Shown: positions 22,414 to 36,400, counted from the stretch's first letter. The stretch: DNA of 64,000 bases from Octopus vulgaris (GCA_951406725.2 OX597838.1:36518001-36582000); one strand, 5' to 3'. The notes: generated by a model from the letters alone, not told the origin. A program made the numbers and translations.

Positions 22414-22900
22414 ATGTGTGTTTGTGTTTGTGTTTGTCCCCCTAGCATTGCTTGACAACCGATGCTGGTGTGTTTATGTCCCCGTCACTTAGCGGTTCGG
22501 CAAAAGAGACCGATAGAATAAGTACTGGGCTTACAAAAAGAATAAGTCCCGGGGTCGAGTTTGCTCGACTAAAGGCTGTGCTCCAGCATGGCTGCAGTCA
22601 ACTGACTGAAACAAGTAAAAAAAAAAAGGAAAAAAGAAAGAAAAAAGAAAAAAATCTGTGTGTGTGTGTCATTGTGTCTGTGTTTGTCCTGACCGTTGCT
22701 TGACTGCCGGTGTTGGTTTGTTTACGTCTATGTAACATAGTGGTTTAGTAAAGGACAACTCAGAGTATGTACCAGGCTTTAAAAAGAAGTCCAAAAAGTA
22801 CTGGGGTTGATTTATTCGACTGAAAATTCTTCAAGGCGGTGCCCCAGCATGGCCATGGTCAAGCGACCAAAGCAAGTATTTAAAGATATAAAAGATATTA
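21998..22900 (+). mobile_element. Three SINE family A pieces (21998-22160, 22250-22620, 22660-22900) with a short (GAT)n-tailed fragment between the first two
   Basis: Consensus matches. Confidence 0.8.
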
Positions 22901-23179
22901 TTTCATCAGACCGCTCTGTTAATCCGACCAACCCATTGCCACTAATCTGGATATATCACATCTGACACTAAGAGACTAATACAGTGGGATTGTTGTGACT
23001 GGTGTAATGTCTTTCCATGATTCCTCTTCTATATTCGGGATGACATTCAGCTAAACAATATCAGCATGACAGGAGCCTCCTACACGTGCATACACACACA
23101 CACACACGCACGCTTGCACGCGCACACACATGCATGCACGCACACACGCATGCATGCAACACACACACACATCGTCAAT

Positions 23180-23465
23180 GTATACGTACAAAAATATATT
23201 TATGTTAATATTTAGAAGAAGTGACAGTCCTGTTTGCACCAACATACCTATGTGTATATGTCTGTGTGTACGTGTGTGTGTGTATGTGTATGGGTGTGTG
23301 TTTCATCTGTGTGTATGTATATTTGGACTCACAGTAATATATGCATCGCAGTGTGTATATTCACATTACAGAATTAGAGCAGGTAGTGGAGGGGTGTATA
23401 TACATCAACTTTAAAGTGCTCTATATGCACTTGTGCTAAAGTGTGCAGTCAATTATGCATATGCT

Positions 23466-23503
<38 letters not shown>

Positions 23504-23670
23504 AGATATAGGCTCAGGAGTGGCTGCGTAGTGAGTAGCTTGCTTACCAACCACATGGTTTCAGGTTCAGTCCCACTGCATAGTATCCTGGGCAAGTGTC
23601 TTTTACTATAGCTTCGGGCCAACCAAAGCCTTACAAGTGGATTTGGTAGACAGAAACTGAAAGAAATCCA

Positions 23671-23700
<30 letters not shown>
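23180..23700. repeat. Right arm of the inverted duplication
   Basis: Shares private SINE variants (gctgcgtagtgagtagc, gaaatccatc) with the left arm. Confidence 0.9.
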
Positions 23701-23726
<26 letters not shown>

Positions 23727-23728
<2 letters not shown>

Positions 23729-23954
23729 TTCTTTACTACCCACAAGGGGCTAAACATAGAGGGGACAAACAAGGACAGACAAAGGGATTAAGTCGATTAC
23801 ATCTACCCCAGTGCGAAACTGGTACTTAATTTATCGACCCCGAAAGGATGAAACGCAAAGTCAACCTTGGCGGAATTTGAACTCAGAACGTAACGACAGA
23901 TGAAATACCTATAAGCAGTTCGCCCGGTGCGCTAACGTTTCTGCCAGCTCGCCG
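23727..23954 (-). mobile_element. SINE family B
   Basis: Consensus match from tail to head. Confidence 0.85.
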
Positions 23955-24234
23955 TATATATAGAGCGCTTATGTATAGACTTATCTGCATATTAATATGT
24001 GTGTGTGTGTTCATATAATTACATGGAAACAGCGTGAAACACATAGAGGCACATTTATATGACATACGTACATTCATGCATGCCTACATGCATACATATA
24101 CATATATATATAATATATATAGTGTTTACATGGGGGCGAACTTTCATTACACACACACACAGTCACACACACACACACACAGTGTTTAATATTCACATGG
24201 GGACTCGTATATGCAGACACACCCCTCTATATAT

Positions 24235-24382
24235 ATTTCTTTACTGCCCATAAGGGGCTAAACATAGAGGGGAAAAACAAGAACAGACTAAGGGATTAAG
24301 TCGATTACATCGACCCCCCCCCCAGTGTGAAACTGGTACTTTATTTATTGACCCCGAAAGGATGAAAGGCAAAGCCGACCTC
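24235..24382 (-). mobile_element. SINE family B, 5'-truncated
   Basis: Consensus match. Confidence 0.8.
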
Positions 24383-24443
24383 CCATCTATATATCTATAC
24401 AGACACATTTATATTGACATGCCTAAACTCTCTCTCACTCACT

Positions 24444-24477
<34 letters not shown>

Positions 24478-25029
24478 CACATGCTTAGCTGAATGTGTAT
24501 GCTGACAGACACTTGTTTCCACACTTTCCCACACACTCATGGACGTGTCTCACACACACATACACACGCACGCACATGCATACACACTCACACACACTCA
24601 CACACACACACACGCACATGCATACCTGAATGTGTATGCTGACAGACACGTCTTGATGCATATGTTCACACTCACACACACACATACACATGCACTTGTT
24701 TCCACACTTTCCCACACACTCATGGACGTGTCTCTCACACACACACACACACACACACACCTATTATCTTTCTTCTTCTCAACCCAGCCCTGTTCACACA
24801 GACTTGTGTTATCTCTCCCTTTCATACTCCCTTTCAAACGTTTATAAATCCTTGCTCTCCTCTTCTCTCTTTCTCATTCACACTATCTCTCTCCATCTCT
24901 TATACAGCTTTGTAAACACCTTTGCTCTTCTCTCTCTCTCTCTCTCCATCTCTCTTATAAGTTCCTCTTTCTTTCTCTTTTGCCCTCTCTTTCATCTCCC
25001 ATTTTCTCCCTCACACACAGATTATTTCT

Positions 25030-25260
25030 TATTTCTTTATTGCCCACAAGGGGCTAAGCAGTGAGGGGACAAACAAGGACAGACAAAGGGATTAAGTCGA
25101 TTACATCGAACCCAGTGCGTAACTGGTACTTAATTTATTGACCCCGAAAGGATGAAAGGTAAAGTCGACCTTGGCGGAATTTGAACTCAGAACGTAGCGG
25201 CAGATGAAATACTGCTAAACATTTTGCCTGGCGTGCTAACGTTTCTACCAGCTCGCCACC
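25030..25260 (-). mobile_element. SINE family B, full length
   Basis: Consensus match. Confidence 0.88.
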
Positions 25261-25462
25261 GTATGGGGTCGATGAACTATAATACCAATGAAAATATACA
25301 CGTGGATCTGCCTGTCAGTCCGTCCTTTTGTCCATCCGTCCGTCCGTCCATCTGTCTTTGAGTCTATCTAATCAATCTATCTGTCTATCTGTGAATCTGT
25401 CCATTTATATCTATTGATCTTTGAAGCTACCTGTTTATCTCTCTCTTTCTCTCCCTCACTAT

Positions 25463-25770
25463 CTACCTTCCTTCCTTCCTTCCTTCCTTCCTCCCTCCCT
25501 CCCTCCCTTCCTTCCTTCCTTCCTCCCTCCCTTCCTTCCCTTCCTTCCTTCCTTCCTTCCTTCCTTCCTTCCTTCCTTCCTTCCTTCCTTCCTTCCTTCC
25601 TTCCTTCCTTCCTCCTCCTTCCCTCCCTCCCTCCCTCCCTTCCTTCCTTCCTTCCTCCCTCCCTTCCTTCCTTCCTTCCTTCCTTCCTTCCTTCCTTCCT
25701 TCCTTCCTTCCTTCCTTCCTTCCTTCCTTCCTTCCTTCCTTCCTTCCTTCCTTCCTTCCTACCTTCCTAT
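25463..25770. repeat. (TTCC)n microsatellite
   Basis: Seen directly. Confidence 0.95.
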
Positions 25771-26943
25771 CTATACACATGCCTACCATGTTCTGCAGTG
25801 AAATATCTCCTGCGATACAATAATAAAACCCTCTATTTCTTTCATTGCAATTAATGCAATCACACTGTATTGCCACTCTGCGTTCCCCCTGGAACTTCCC
25901 TGCGACACTGACCTTATTGAGGAATCAATGGGAGATCGGATTAAACGGAACTGTTGAATGAAAGAAAACTCTACAGCACAGAAATGCTCACATACACGCA
26001 CTCACACACACGCAAGCACATACGAACACACTCTCACATGCATACGAATATATATACACATGGTCACACACACATGCATCATATGCATATATGCGTGCAC
26101 ATATTCATACCGATGCATGTAGACCCTCATGCACATGTGTACACACACATACATGCATACACTCACACATGCATGCAAATATACACACATGGTTGCACAC
26201 ATGCATCATGCACACACACATGTATATGCATGTGCATGTGCACACTGATACATGTACACCTTCATGTATATGCACAGACACATGCATGAACACATGCACA
26301 CACATACGCATGCATACACATATACGAATACAAATATATACACATGGTTGCACACAAATGCATACACATGTATGCATGTGCACACTGATACATGTTGACA
26401 CTCATGCACATGCATACACACATACACACAAACACAGGTGCACATATATACAAACAGACATGCACACACTCACGCACATAAATTTACATACACACACAGA
26501 GTCAGAAATATTAAGCACTTTGGCGTATAAGACTTGCAGGAAGGTGTTGGTAAATTTAAGGTGTTGAACACCACAGCATCCTGAAGATTCGGAGCGGTAG
26601 AGATCTAATGACTCTCATGAGATTAGAAGTCTGTGAAAATCCTCATTAAATGTTTATGGTTCTAAGTGATAAAAAAAAATACAAGAAACAAACAAAAAAA
26701 AAGCATTGGAAATGAAAGACCATCTTTTGTTCCAAGGAATCCAAATGTCTAAACTCTGAGATGAGATAAGATGCTCCCGGCAACTGCAGTTGTCTATGCA
26801 ACATAAGAACAAGCATGGATGTGTGGTTAAGAAGCTTGCTTTGCAACTGTGCTGTTTGGGGTTCAGTCCCTCTGTGTGGCACATTGTGCAAGTGTTGTCT
26901 ACTCTAGCTCGAAGCTGACCAAATCTGTGATAGTCGTAAACGA

Positions 26944-27347
26944 TACTCTTTTACTTGTTTCAGTCATTTGACTGCGGCCATGCTGGAGCACCACCTTTAA
27001 TCAAGCAACTCGATCCCGGGACTTATTCTTTGTAAGCCCAGTACTTATTCTATCGGTCTCTTTTGCCGAACCGCTAAGTGACGGGGACGTAAACACACCA
27101 GCATCGGTTGTCAAGCAATGCTAGGGGGACAAACACAGACACACAAACATACACGCACACACATATATATATATACATATATACGATGGGCTTCTTTCAG
27201 TTTCCGTCTACCAAATCCACTCACAAGGCATTGGTCGGCCCGGGGCTATAGCAGAAGACACTTGCCCAAGGTGCCACGCAGTGGGACTGAACCTGGAACC
27301 ATGTGGTTGGTTAGCAAGCTACTTACCACACAGCCACTCCTGTGCCT
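26944..27347 (-). mobile_element. SINE family A, full length
   Basis: Consensus match. Confidence 0.9.
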
Positions 27348-27399
27348 GTCACTGTGATGCTAGCAGTGTCCTACATTGCTAATATGTCAGGTCGTTATC

Positions 27400-27890
27400 A
27401 TTATCATCACTATTATCATCATCACCATCATCATTGTCATCACCATCATCATCAGGTAACATCTGTTTTCCTTGCTGGCATGGGTTGGATGGTTTGAAAG
27501 GAGCTGGTAAGGCTGGGGGCTACACCGGGTTCTGTTTTTGTCATGACCTCTATAGCTGGATGCCCTTCCAAGCAATCAACCACTTTACAGAGTGTGCCAG
27601 GTGCTTTTTACGTGGCACTAGTACCAGTGCTTTTTGATGTGGCACATAAAAAGCTGGTGCCACGTAAAAAGCACTGGGTGGATGGTGCCAGGGAAAGATA
27701 ACCTTATTTGGTAGGTGGACTAGTCGATTACATTGACCCCAATGTTTCACTGGTATTTCATTTATCAATCCCAAAAGGATGAAAGGCAAAGTCGACCCCG
27801 GCGGGATCTGAATTCGGAATATAAAGACAGACAAAACACTGCTAAGCATTTAGCCTAGTGTGCTAATGATTCTCCTAGCTCACTGCCTTA
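27400..27890 (-). mobile_element. Family E fragment (27400-27680) and diverged SINE B (27715-27890)
   Basis: gctggatgcccttcc..tgctttttacgtggcac; gatgaaaggcaaagtcgacc. Confidence 0.7.
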
Positions 27891-28269
27891 ATAACAACAA
27901 CAACAATAATAATAATACTACTACTAATAATAATCAATAACAATGGTCTTTGTTACTATTAAGATGAAATATCAAACAGCATTTAAAGATTCTACTTTTC
28001 AAATATTTCTTTCATCCGCATATTTTAATGTTTAAGCTTCCGTTCTTTGTCTTTCGTGTTTTTTTTTTGTCTTTTTTTTTGTCTTTTTTTTTTGTTTGGT
28101 AATTTTGTTTTACCTATTTCTCTATTTCCTTGATTCTTTCCTTCTTTCTTTGTTTGGCTGCCTGCCTGTCTGTCTGTCCTTCCTTTCTTCCGTCTTTGAA
28201 GTCACCTTACATGCCTAATGTATTTCCTGACTGTTGTGGATTCAGCCACACACACACACACACACACAT

Positions 28270-28306
<37 letters not shown>

Positions 28307-28559
28307 TTCATGCTACAAAAACCACAGTTACCTGGTGTGTGTGTAAGTCTGTGCATGTATTGCGTGTATGTGTGTCTGTTTGTGTGGGTCTGTCTGTGAC
28401 ATTCCGATTTATTCCAGGATTTCATTGTTATAAATCTACTGTTTGTGTAGAAACACATAAACATACATACATACATACATATGTACACACACACGAAACA
28501 CATTTACAGGTATACACACATTCACACACACTAAGACATATTTACACTCATATATGTGT

Positions 28560-28896
28560 GTCACAGTGCACATTAGTATATATATATATATAGATATATA
28601 CACACACACACACAAACACAACATATTACATAGACATACATGTGTGAGTCACAATGCATATTCATACACACCTTATACATAAACACACCCACATGTATAT
28701 ATATGTGTGTGTATATGTATATATATATATATATATATATGTGTATATGTATATATATATGTGTGTGTATATGTATATATATATATATGTGTATATGTAT
28801 ATATATATATTTATATGTGTATATATACATGTATATATACATGTATATATATATATCTATACATGTATATATATATGTATATATGTGTATATATAT

Positions 28897-28938
<42 letters not shown>

Positions 28939-28972
28939 ATATATATATATGTATATATGTGTATATATATAT

Positions 28973-29010
<38 letters not shown>

Positions 29011-29120
29011 AAATATAATGTGTGTGTGTGTGCATATATATATGTGCAAACAAATAACACATACATACACATACATGTATGCTCACACACACGCGTACAT
29101 ATAACTATATATATATAACC
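28560..29120. repeat. Compound TA/TG microsatellite field
   Basis: Seen directly. Confidence 0.95.
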
Positions 29121-29957
29121 CTATAATAAAATACATATATTTTAGTACGTAATATTTTAAAATTTGACAGTGGCAGTTCCATAAAATTCCCAGACAGCTG
29201 TGTGCACACGCTTCAATGCCTGTGCATGCCTCAGTCTCTCTATGTGCCCAGACATGTGCTTCTTTGAGAATATATATACACACACAGACACATATATGTG
29301 TGTGTGTGTGCATTTGCAATGTATATATCTAAGTGCCACACTTTCGGTTGATCACTGATGTATCAACGAAAGTGTTCGTTATTCGTAGAATAGGAATATT
29401 TTTTATTTCTTTGTATTTCCAATGCCTGAATTAAATGTTTAGCAAGTTTTTAGTTTCTTTATTTTATTTAAATTGCTGGCTTGTCTCTCTCTCTCTCTCT
29501 CGATGCAATTCCTCGCTTCCTTTCCTTGTTGCTAGTCGCTTCTCATTCCTATTTAATTCTTTGAATAAAGGCCGCAAAAAAAAACAACACCCGACAGATA
29601 TAAGGCTGTGTATTAACAGATATAAGGCTATGGAGTTGTTACAGATTCTGGTGTGAGGGAGCATGGCCTACTTGTTACAGTCCTGATTATGAAATCGTGG
29701 TGTGTTGTGTTCTGGAGTAAAACACTTCATCTCCTGTTGCATTGCGATCTCTTTGACAGCTGATCCGTGATACGCTGTGCACATTTTTAGGTAATATTGA
29801 TTTGATGGAGAGACTGAGCTAATGTATGGTACATACTTTTGATCTTTATAAACAAATCATTTGCAAAGATTTGTCCAGCAAGAACTTGCAGAACCATCTT
29901 TCTTGGACTATAAGAGACTACCATCACATTTTGCTGAAACTTCCTTCGGTCATGACT

Positions 29958-30280
29958 GATCATGGGATTGCACCTGGGAAGTTACCCCCTCCTCCCCCAG
30001 GCACAAGTCCGGGCAAGGTTGTTTATGGAAGGCCAGCAGTCGCCCATGGATACTGGCCTCCCCTCTCCATGCCACCAATGTTATCCAAGGGAAAGGCAAA
30101 GGGGCCAATACAGTTTGGCACCTGTGACGTCGCAACTCATTTCTACAGCTGAGTGAACTGGAGTGACGTGAAATAACGTGTCTTGCTCAAGAACACAACA
30201 TGCAGCCTGGTCCAGGATTCAAACTCACAACCTCACGATCGTAAGCTCGACGCTCTAACCACTGAGCCATGTGTCTTCAC
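29958..30280 (-). mobile_element. tRNA-derived CORE-type SINE (family C, long tail)
   Basis: Minus-strand tggctcagtggttag A-box and gagtttgaatcc B-box; near-collinear with 58122-58434. Confidence 0.85.
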
Positions 30281-30295
30281 TGCCATCATATACTG

Positions 30296-30326
<31 letters not shown>

Positions 30327-30609
30327 TGAAACAATTTAGAAGACTTTGATTCAAGTCCTTGAAACGGGCCAGCCCTCTGTATAGATGATACTTCACAGAG
30401 TTGACAAGGGAGTTCCCTCTTCTGGCTAGAGTGACATGTGACCCTGGTAGATGAATGAATGTGAACGACAAGAAAGCTGTCTGTTCGTCTCTCCATCTGT
30501 ATGCGAACTCTGATGAAGCAGATACAGCCTATGACTTTTGACAATCCCGCTGTGACCATTGCATCAGTTTTCATTTGAGGCTAAAAGAAATACGTATAAT
30601 TGATTAGAT

Positions 30610-31490
30610 GCAGGCAAGGCTGTGTGGTTAAGAAGTTTGCTTTGTGGTCTTGTAGTTCTAGGTTCAATTCTGCTGTGCAGCATCTTGGAGAAATGTCTTT
30701 AGTCCCAGGTGGACCAATGCCTTTGTGAGTGAATTTGATAGATAGAAACTGTGCAGAAGCCTGTCGTATGTATATTTATCATCATCATCATCATCATCGT
30801 TTAACGTCCGTTTTCCATGCTAGCACGGGTTGGACGGTTCGACCGGGGTCTGGGAAGCCAGGAGGTTGCACCAGGCTCCAGTGTGATCTGGCAGTGTTTC
30901 TACAGCTGGATGCCCTTCCTAACGCCAACCACTCCGCGAGTGTAGTGGGTGCTTTTGACGTGCCACCGGCACAGGTGCCAGGGGAGTCTGGCATTGGCCA
31001 CGATCGGTTGGTGCTTTTAACGTGCCACTGTCACGGAAGCCAGTCAAGGTGGGGCTGGCATCGGCCATGTTCGGATGGTGCTTTTTACATGCCACCGGCA
31101 CAGAAGCCAGTTGAGGTGGCACTGGCATCGGCCACATTCGGATGTTTCTTTTTATGTGCCACTGGCACAGGTATCACAACTACTTTTATATGTGTGTGTA
31201 TGTGTTTTTGTGTTTGTCCTACCCTTCACACACATGCAAAAACCAAAGCTTGGCAACTGGTGTTGGTTTGATTACATCCCTGATACTTAGCAGTTTATCA
31301 AAAAGGGACCAATAGAATAAATATCAGATTTTATTATTTCTTGGGGATTTTTTTTGTTTTTAAAAAAGGAGAAAAACAAAACAAGTGTTGTGGGATTGGA
31401 TTTGTTCAGATAAAAAAAAAGCTCAAAGTGGTGCTCCAGCATGGCCACACCCCAATAAATGATACAAGTAAAGCAATAAAAGATACAAGA
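30610..31490 (+). mobile_element. Old SINE family A copy split by a family E insertion
   Basis: 5' half at 30610-30770, 3' half at 31187-31490. Confidence 0.7.
30779..31183 (-). mobile_element. Family E: (GAT)n-tailed retroposon with internal subrepeats of about 55-60 bp
   Basis: Sense strand ends ggcgttaggaagggcatccagctgtagaaac...catggaaaacggacgttaaacgatgatgat; repeated ggtgcttttxacgtgccacxggcac units. Confidence 0.8.
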
Positions 31491-32524
31491 TTACATTATT
31501 TACTGCATCCTTCCCGTTTGTTTTAAAGTGACAGTGAGTCACCTGAGGAAGTCATGGCTGCTATTTCTAACACGTCAAACAACATGTACAAGCTTCTTCA
31601 TTGATTTGTGGCTGGTTGTTGTTGTTATTGTTGTTTAACTGCAGAACAACTGCTGTTGGTTTGTTTATGTTCCTGTGTCTGTGACCGACAAGCTCTGCAA
31701 GCAAAGGTATTTGAACTGTGGACATCATTGTCACCTTTTCAAAGCTTGTATCTGGGCTGGCTATATGTAACATAGCATTAGCTTTTCCTTTTGAAGGCTG
31801 TAAAATTGGAGTTTGAGGAAGCCTTAGCTGCTATATCTAGCACATATATTGGCTCTGTTGGAGTGTGATTAGCATTGGCCTAAAATAAATATGTAATGTA
31901 GGTCTGTGTGCAAAATCTGTTGCTTATGAGAACTTGTATATATATATATATATGTGCATAGGTCTGCAATTGTGCACTTTACTATATGTGTGTGTGTGTG
32001 CAAGTGTGTGTATATGTATATGTGTGTGTGTGTGCATATATATATGTATACATGTCTGTATATGTGTGTGTATATATATATATATGAATATTTATATGTA
32101 CATCTGTTTACAAATTTATTTTTGTGTATATATATATACATATTATATGAATATTTATATGCATATATGTATATATGTTCATGTGTATGTATATACATGT
32201 GCATGTAAAGGTACATATATGTGTGTGTGTTTATATATATATATATATATATATATATGTAGATATTGTATATAGAAATGTAGATATTATATGCAAACAT
32301 ATACTTGTATGTATGTATGTATATATATATATATATATGCATGTATTATACACAACACACACACATACACACAACTGAATATGTGTTTCTCCACTGATTT
32401 TCAATCTGCATTCTACATTTACCATACAGCACATTTATTAAAACCACTCTCAACTTTTTTTTTCAGTCAAAGCTGTTCATATATATATATATATATATAT
32501 ACACTCATATATATATATATATAT

Positions 32525-32573
<49 letters not shown>

Positions 32574-33014
32574 TTATATATACATATTTATATATACGCA
32601 CCTATATTTATTTTATCCTACATGGGTAAGCACCAACCCACCCACTATCCCTCCACAACACCTAACCCCCCCCATACGACCATTCCTCCAGTTCTACATT
32701 TGCTATTGTTTTCTCTTATATTCTTTTTTTTTTCCTACTGTTTGCATTAAACTTGTCTAACGCAGTCCTCTGTCATCACTCCGACACATCGATTTTTGCT
32801 TTAAATCTCCGCATGGTTCTCTCTCTCTCTCTTGTTTTTTTTTTGTTTGTCTTTTGTTTTTTGTTTTTTGTTTTTTTTTTTTGTTATATTTCCACAGAAT
32901 ATTGTTGCTGGTTGTTTTGCCTTGGAATAATTTTTTGGGGGGATTTTTTGCTTTGAATATTTTTTTTTTTTTATTCGTTCCATGTTCGTTTATATATTTA
33001 TTTTTGTTTTTGCT

Positions 33015-33045
<31 letters not shown>

Positions 33046-33125
33046 ATGAGCATTTCAGTGTTTCTGGCTGATGACTGCGTTTCTTTATGCATGTATGTAA
33101 ATTTGTGTACATCTATGTTTATGCG

Positions 33126-33171
<46 letters not shown>

Positions 33172-33449
33172 AACATACATGCATACACACTCACATTTAT
33201 ACATGTTAATGTTTGTTTTCATGCAAAGTTATACATTGTTATGTTATATATAGATTAAATTGAAGGATCACACAAACCATTTTAGAGTACCATATTTATT
33301 AATTTCTACTTGGGAAAAGTTGACAGTGACTGCAAAGTTTTAGTTTACTAGCAATCATCAAACTAATGATGGCAAGTAAGCTAAGCTCATGTCACTGTTA
33401 TCCTTTCCTTTGTAAAGATAAATATACATATCATAATCATGTGATTACA

Positions 33450-33975
33450 ATCGGGACTATGGAGTTGAAACAAAAATCTTCGACTCTGACTCCTGTGCTA
33501 TTGGTACCTCCAATTCTGACTCCGATTCTGATTCCTCTTTATGTATTTAAGTGAGTGTGGTCTACATGTCTCATAAAGCATACACTTGTACTTTGACTAG
33601 GCTTACCTGTTACAACTGGTTTATTTTAAAGAATAAAGATATTGTGAGTTGGAATCAGAGTTCGTATAGTTTTACCAACTCCGACTCCAGCTACCCCCTA
33701 ATTGCTTCCGACTCCACAACTCCGACTCCATGACTCTGACTCTGCCTCCATTACTCTGACTCCACGACTCTGAGTCCACGACTCTGAGTCCACGACTCTA
33801 ACTCCATGACTCTAACTCATGACTCTAACTCCATGACTCTAACTCCATGACTCTAACTCCATGACTAACTCCATGACTCCGACTCCACAACTCTGACTCC
33901 ACGACTCCGACTCCATGACTCCAACTCCACAACTCTGACTCTGACTCCACAACTCCTGCTCCGACCCCACACTCC
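33450..33975. mobile_element. hAT-like MITE remnant with expanded GACTCC subterminal repeats (about 14-bp minisatellite at 33705-33970)
   Basis: ggagttg/ggaatcagag motifs facing ctccgactcc motifs; tandem actcc(a/g)actccac(a/g) units. Confidence 0.55.
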
Positions 33976-34725
33976 TGATTACAATGTTGTGGGAAAGAAT
34001 TTCAATATTGATTCTTCAAGCTGAGCCAACTGATAAAAGATCTGGTGGGTAGACCGAGAATGAGATGGTTGGACGATACCATAGTCTCAGTTCGTCATAT
34101 TTAGGAATGTAATGAAAAGTTGCTTCTGATAGGACCCTATGGAAGAAGGGCCGAAGGACTCTATTGCGTGACTGGTAGGAGAGCTAGGGGCCAACCAAGA
34201 ACAAGTTGGTTGGATAATATCTATAGGCTCAGTTGGCCAAGTTTGGGAATCTAACCAGAGAGTGTAATGAGATGTTGCTTCCAATAGGACCCTATGAAGA
34301 GGGTACCTGAAGACATTACTCCTTCAAGCCTGAGCAATCTGGGCAGTTACTCAGAGGATCCATGAGTCTAACTGACTGATTTTGATCTGTGGATTATAGG
34401 ACCCAGTGTATTAATTTTCTTGCAGACTTATACTGCAGTTAATAAGGCCTTGGGTCCTGTCCATTCACAAGGCTTTGGTCAGCCCAGAGTTATCATGTTA
34501 GAAGACAAACATTCAAGCTGGCATGCAGTAGTACTGAACCTGATACCATGAGGTTCACAATGACTAGCAGGAGAGCTAGGGGTAGACCAGGAATGGGAGG
34601 GTTGGATGATATTCATAGACTCATTTGGTCATGCTTGGGAATCCATTTGGGATGTGTAATGACAGTTGCTTCTGGTAGGACCCTATGGTGAGGGTACCTG
34701 AGGATGCTGCCCTATGACTGGCAGG
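33975..34725 (+). mobile_element. Second tandem array of the RTE-like 3' end (3 units), interrupted at 34324-34563
   Basis: ggtagacc..ggttgga..ttgggaatc..gcttctgataggaccctatgg..tgactgg units; reverse complement of 19815-20275. Confidence 0.75.
34324..34563. repeat. Inverted copy of 39403-39639
   Basis: aatctgggcagttactcagaggatccatgagtct...ctgaacctgataccatgaggttcacaatga is the reverse complement of 39403-39639. Confidence 0.88.
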
Positions 34726-35034
34726 CAATAATGATGAAGATGATGATGTTGATGATGATACAGGGATGAAGAGAATGAAAGAAAGTTGCTTATGGTGATT
34801 TTACAGCGATAACGATGATATTACTGGTGATTATGATCCTGGGGATGGATATTGCCTATTATGATGATGATGATGATATTGCCAATGATGGTGATGATGA
34901 TTGTGATTATTAGTAAGAATGTTAAAAAGTTGCTTATAGTGATATTTACAGAGATGATGATGATGGTGGTGGTGGTAATAACTGATTGTAATGATTGATA
35001 TTAAAAAGCTTAGCAGGCAAAATTCTATGGAAAA

Positions 35035-35210
35035 CTACCACCACCACCTCTACCACTACCACCACCTCATACTAGCACCACCACCACCACCACTGCCACT
35101 ACCATCACCACCACCACCATTGCCACCACTACTGCCACTGTTACCACCACCACTACTACTGCCACTGTCACCACCACCACCACCATAATGACCACCACTA
35201 CCACCATTAA
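35035..35210. repeat. (CCA)n trinucleotide repeat
   Basis: Seen directly. Confidence 0.9.
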
Positions 35211-35796
35211 TGATTGACCGAGCCATCCGTCCACACTCATGATCGTTGTTGACATCATCATAAGTGTTTGTCTCAAAAGACAAGAGTGGAAAACAAGACG
35301 AAATAAAGCAAGAAAGCAATGACAGCCACAACGATGACAATATGGCAATCACAATAATTATATTAGGCGGGAGACAAAGAAAAGAATGAGGAAAAAAGAA
35401 AGGACCCCTCTCAAAAGAAAAAAACAACAAAACAAGAGTTTATATATCAAATAAATTGGATCTGTAAAAAAAAAAAACGAAGAGAAAAGACACTTGAAAT
35501 GGATAATGAAAATAAAATTTAAGATCAAAAATATATATTTTTCGAAAACTGCCAGAAGAATCGACCAATTTCTCATCTATAGTAATAGATCGGGAGTGAA
35601 TTGTTGATGGAGGTGGAGGTGGTATGGTGATGGTGGTGGTGATGGTGGTGGTGGTGGTGGTGGTGATGGTGGTAAAATGTGTGTCATTTATTTTTGTTTC
35701 TTCTGGAAAGCAAACACCAGCTAATTTTCATTATTATTCAATTTAAAAGTGCATTAAAAGTACACCAGTCACACATACATAAATACATACATATAT

Positions 35797-36400
35797 ATTC
35801 TTTTGATTGTTTCAGTCGATTGGCTGTGGCCATGCTGGAGCACCGCCTTTACTCTTTTACTCTTTTACTTGTTTCAGTCATTTGACTGCGGCCATGCTGA
35901 AGCACTGCCTTTTAGTCGAGCAAATTGACCCCGAGACTTATTCTTTGTAAGCCTAGTACTTATTCTATCGGTCACTTTTGCCGAACCACTAAGTGACAGG
36001 AACGTAAACACACCAGCATCGGTTGTCAAACAATGCTAGAGGGACAAACACAGACACACAAACATACACACACACATACATATATATATGTATATACATA
36101 TATACGACAGGCTTCTTTCAGTTTCCGTCTACCAAATCCACTCACAAGGCTTTGGTCGGCCCGAGGCTATAGTAGAAGACACTTGCCCAAGATGCCACGC
36201 AGTGGAACTGAACCCGGAACCATGTGGTTGGTTAGCAAGCTACTTACCACACGTCGAACAAATCGACCCCAGAGCTTATTCTTTGTAAGCCTATCGGCCT
36301 CTTTTGCTGAACCACTAAGTTACGGGGAGGATGTAAACACACCAACATCAGTTGTCAAGCGACGGTGGGGGGGGGGGACAAACACAGACACTCAAACATA
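35797..36400 (-). mobile_element. Young SINE A (35850-36251) nested in an older SINE A 3' half
   Basis: The older copy breaks at gcaccgccttta and resumes at gtcgaacaaatcgacc. Confidence 0.8.

Noticed and set aside
29338-29374. Short hairpin acactttcg-g-ttgat / atcaacgaaagtgt
   Set aside because: Small, isolated and lacking a complete hammerhead core; no function can be supported.
30323-30580. 83-aa minus-strand ORF behind a ttcttttag acceptor
   Set aside because: No recognisable domain or partner exon; cannot be supported without transcript data.
34991-35430. Poly-Pro or Gly/Ser-rich ORFs
   Set aside because: Translations of the (CCA)n trinucleotide repeat.
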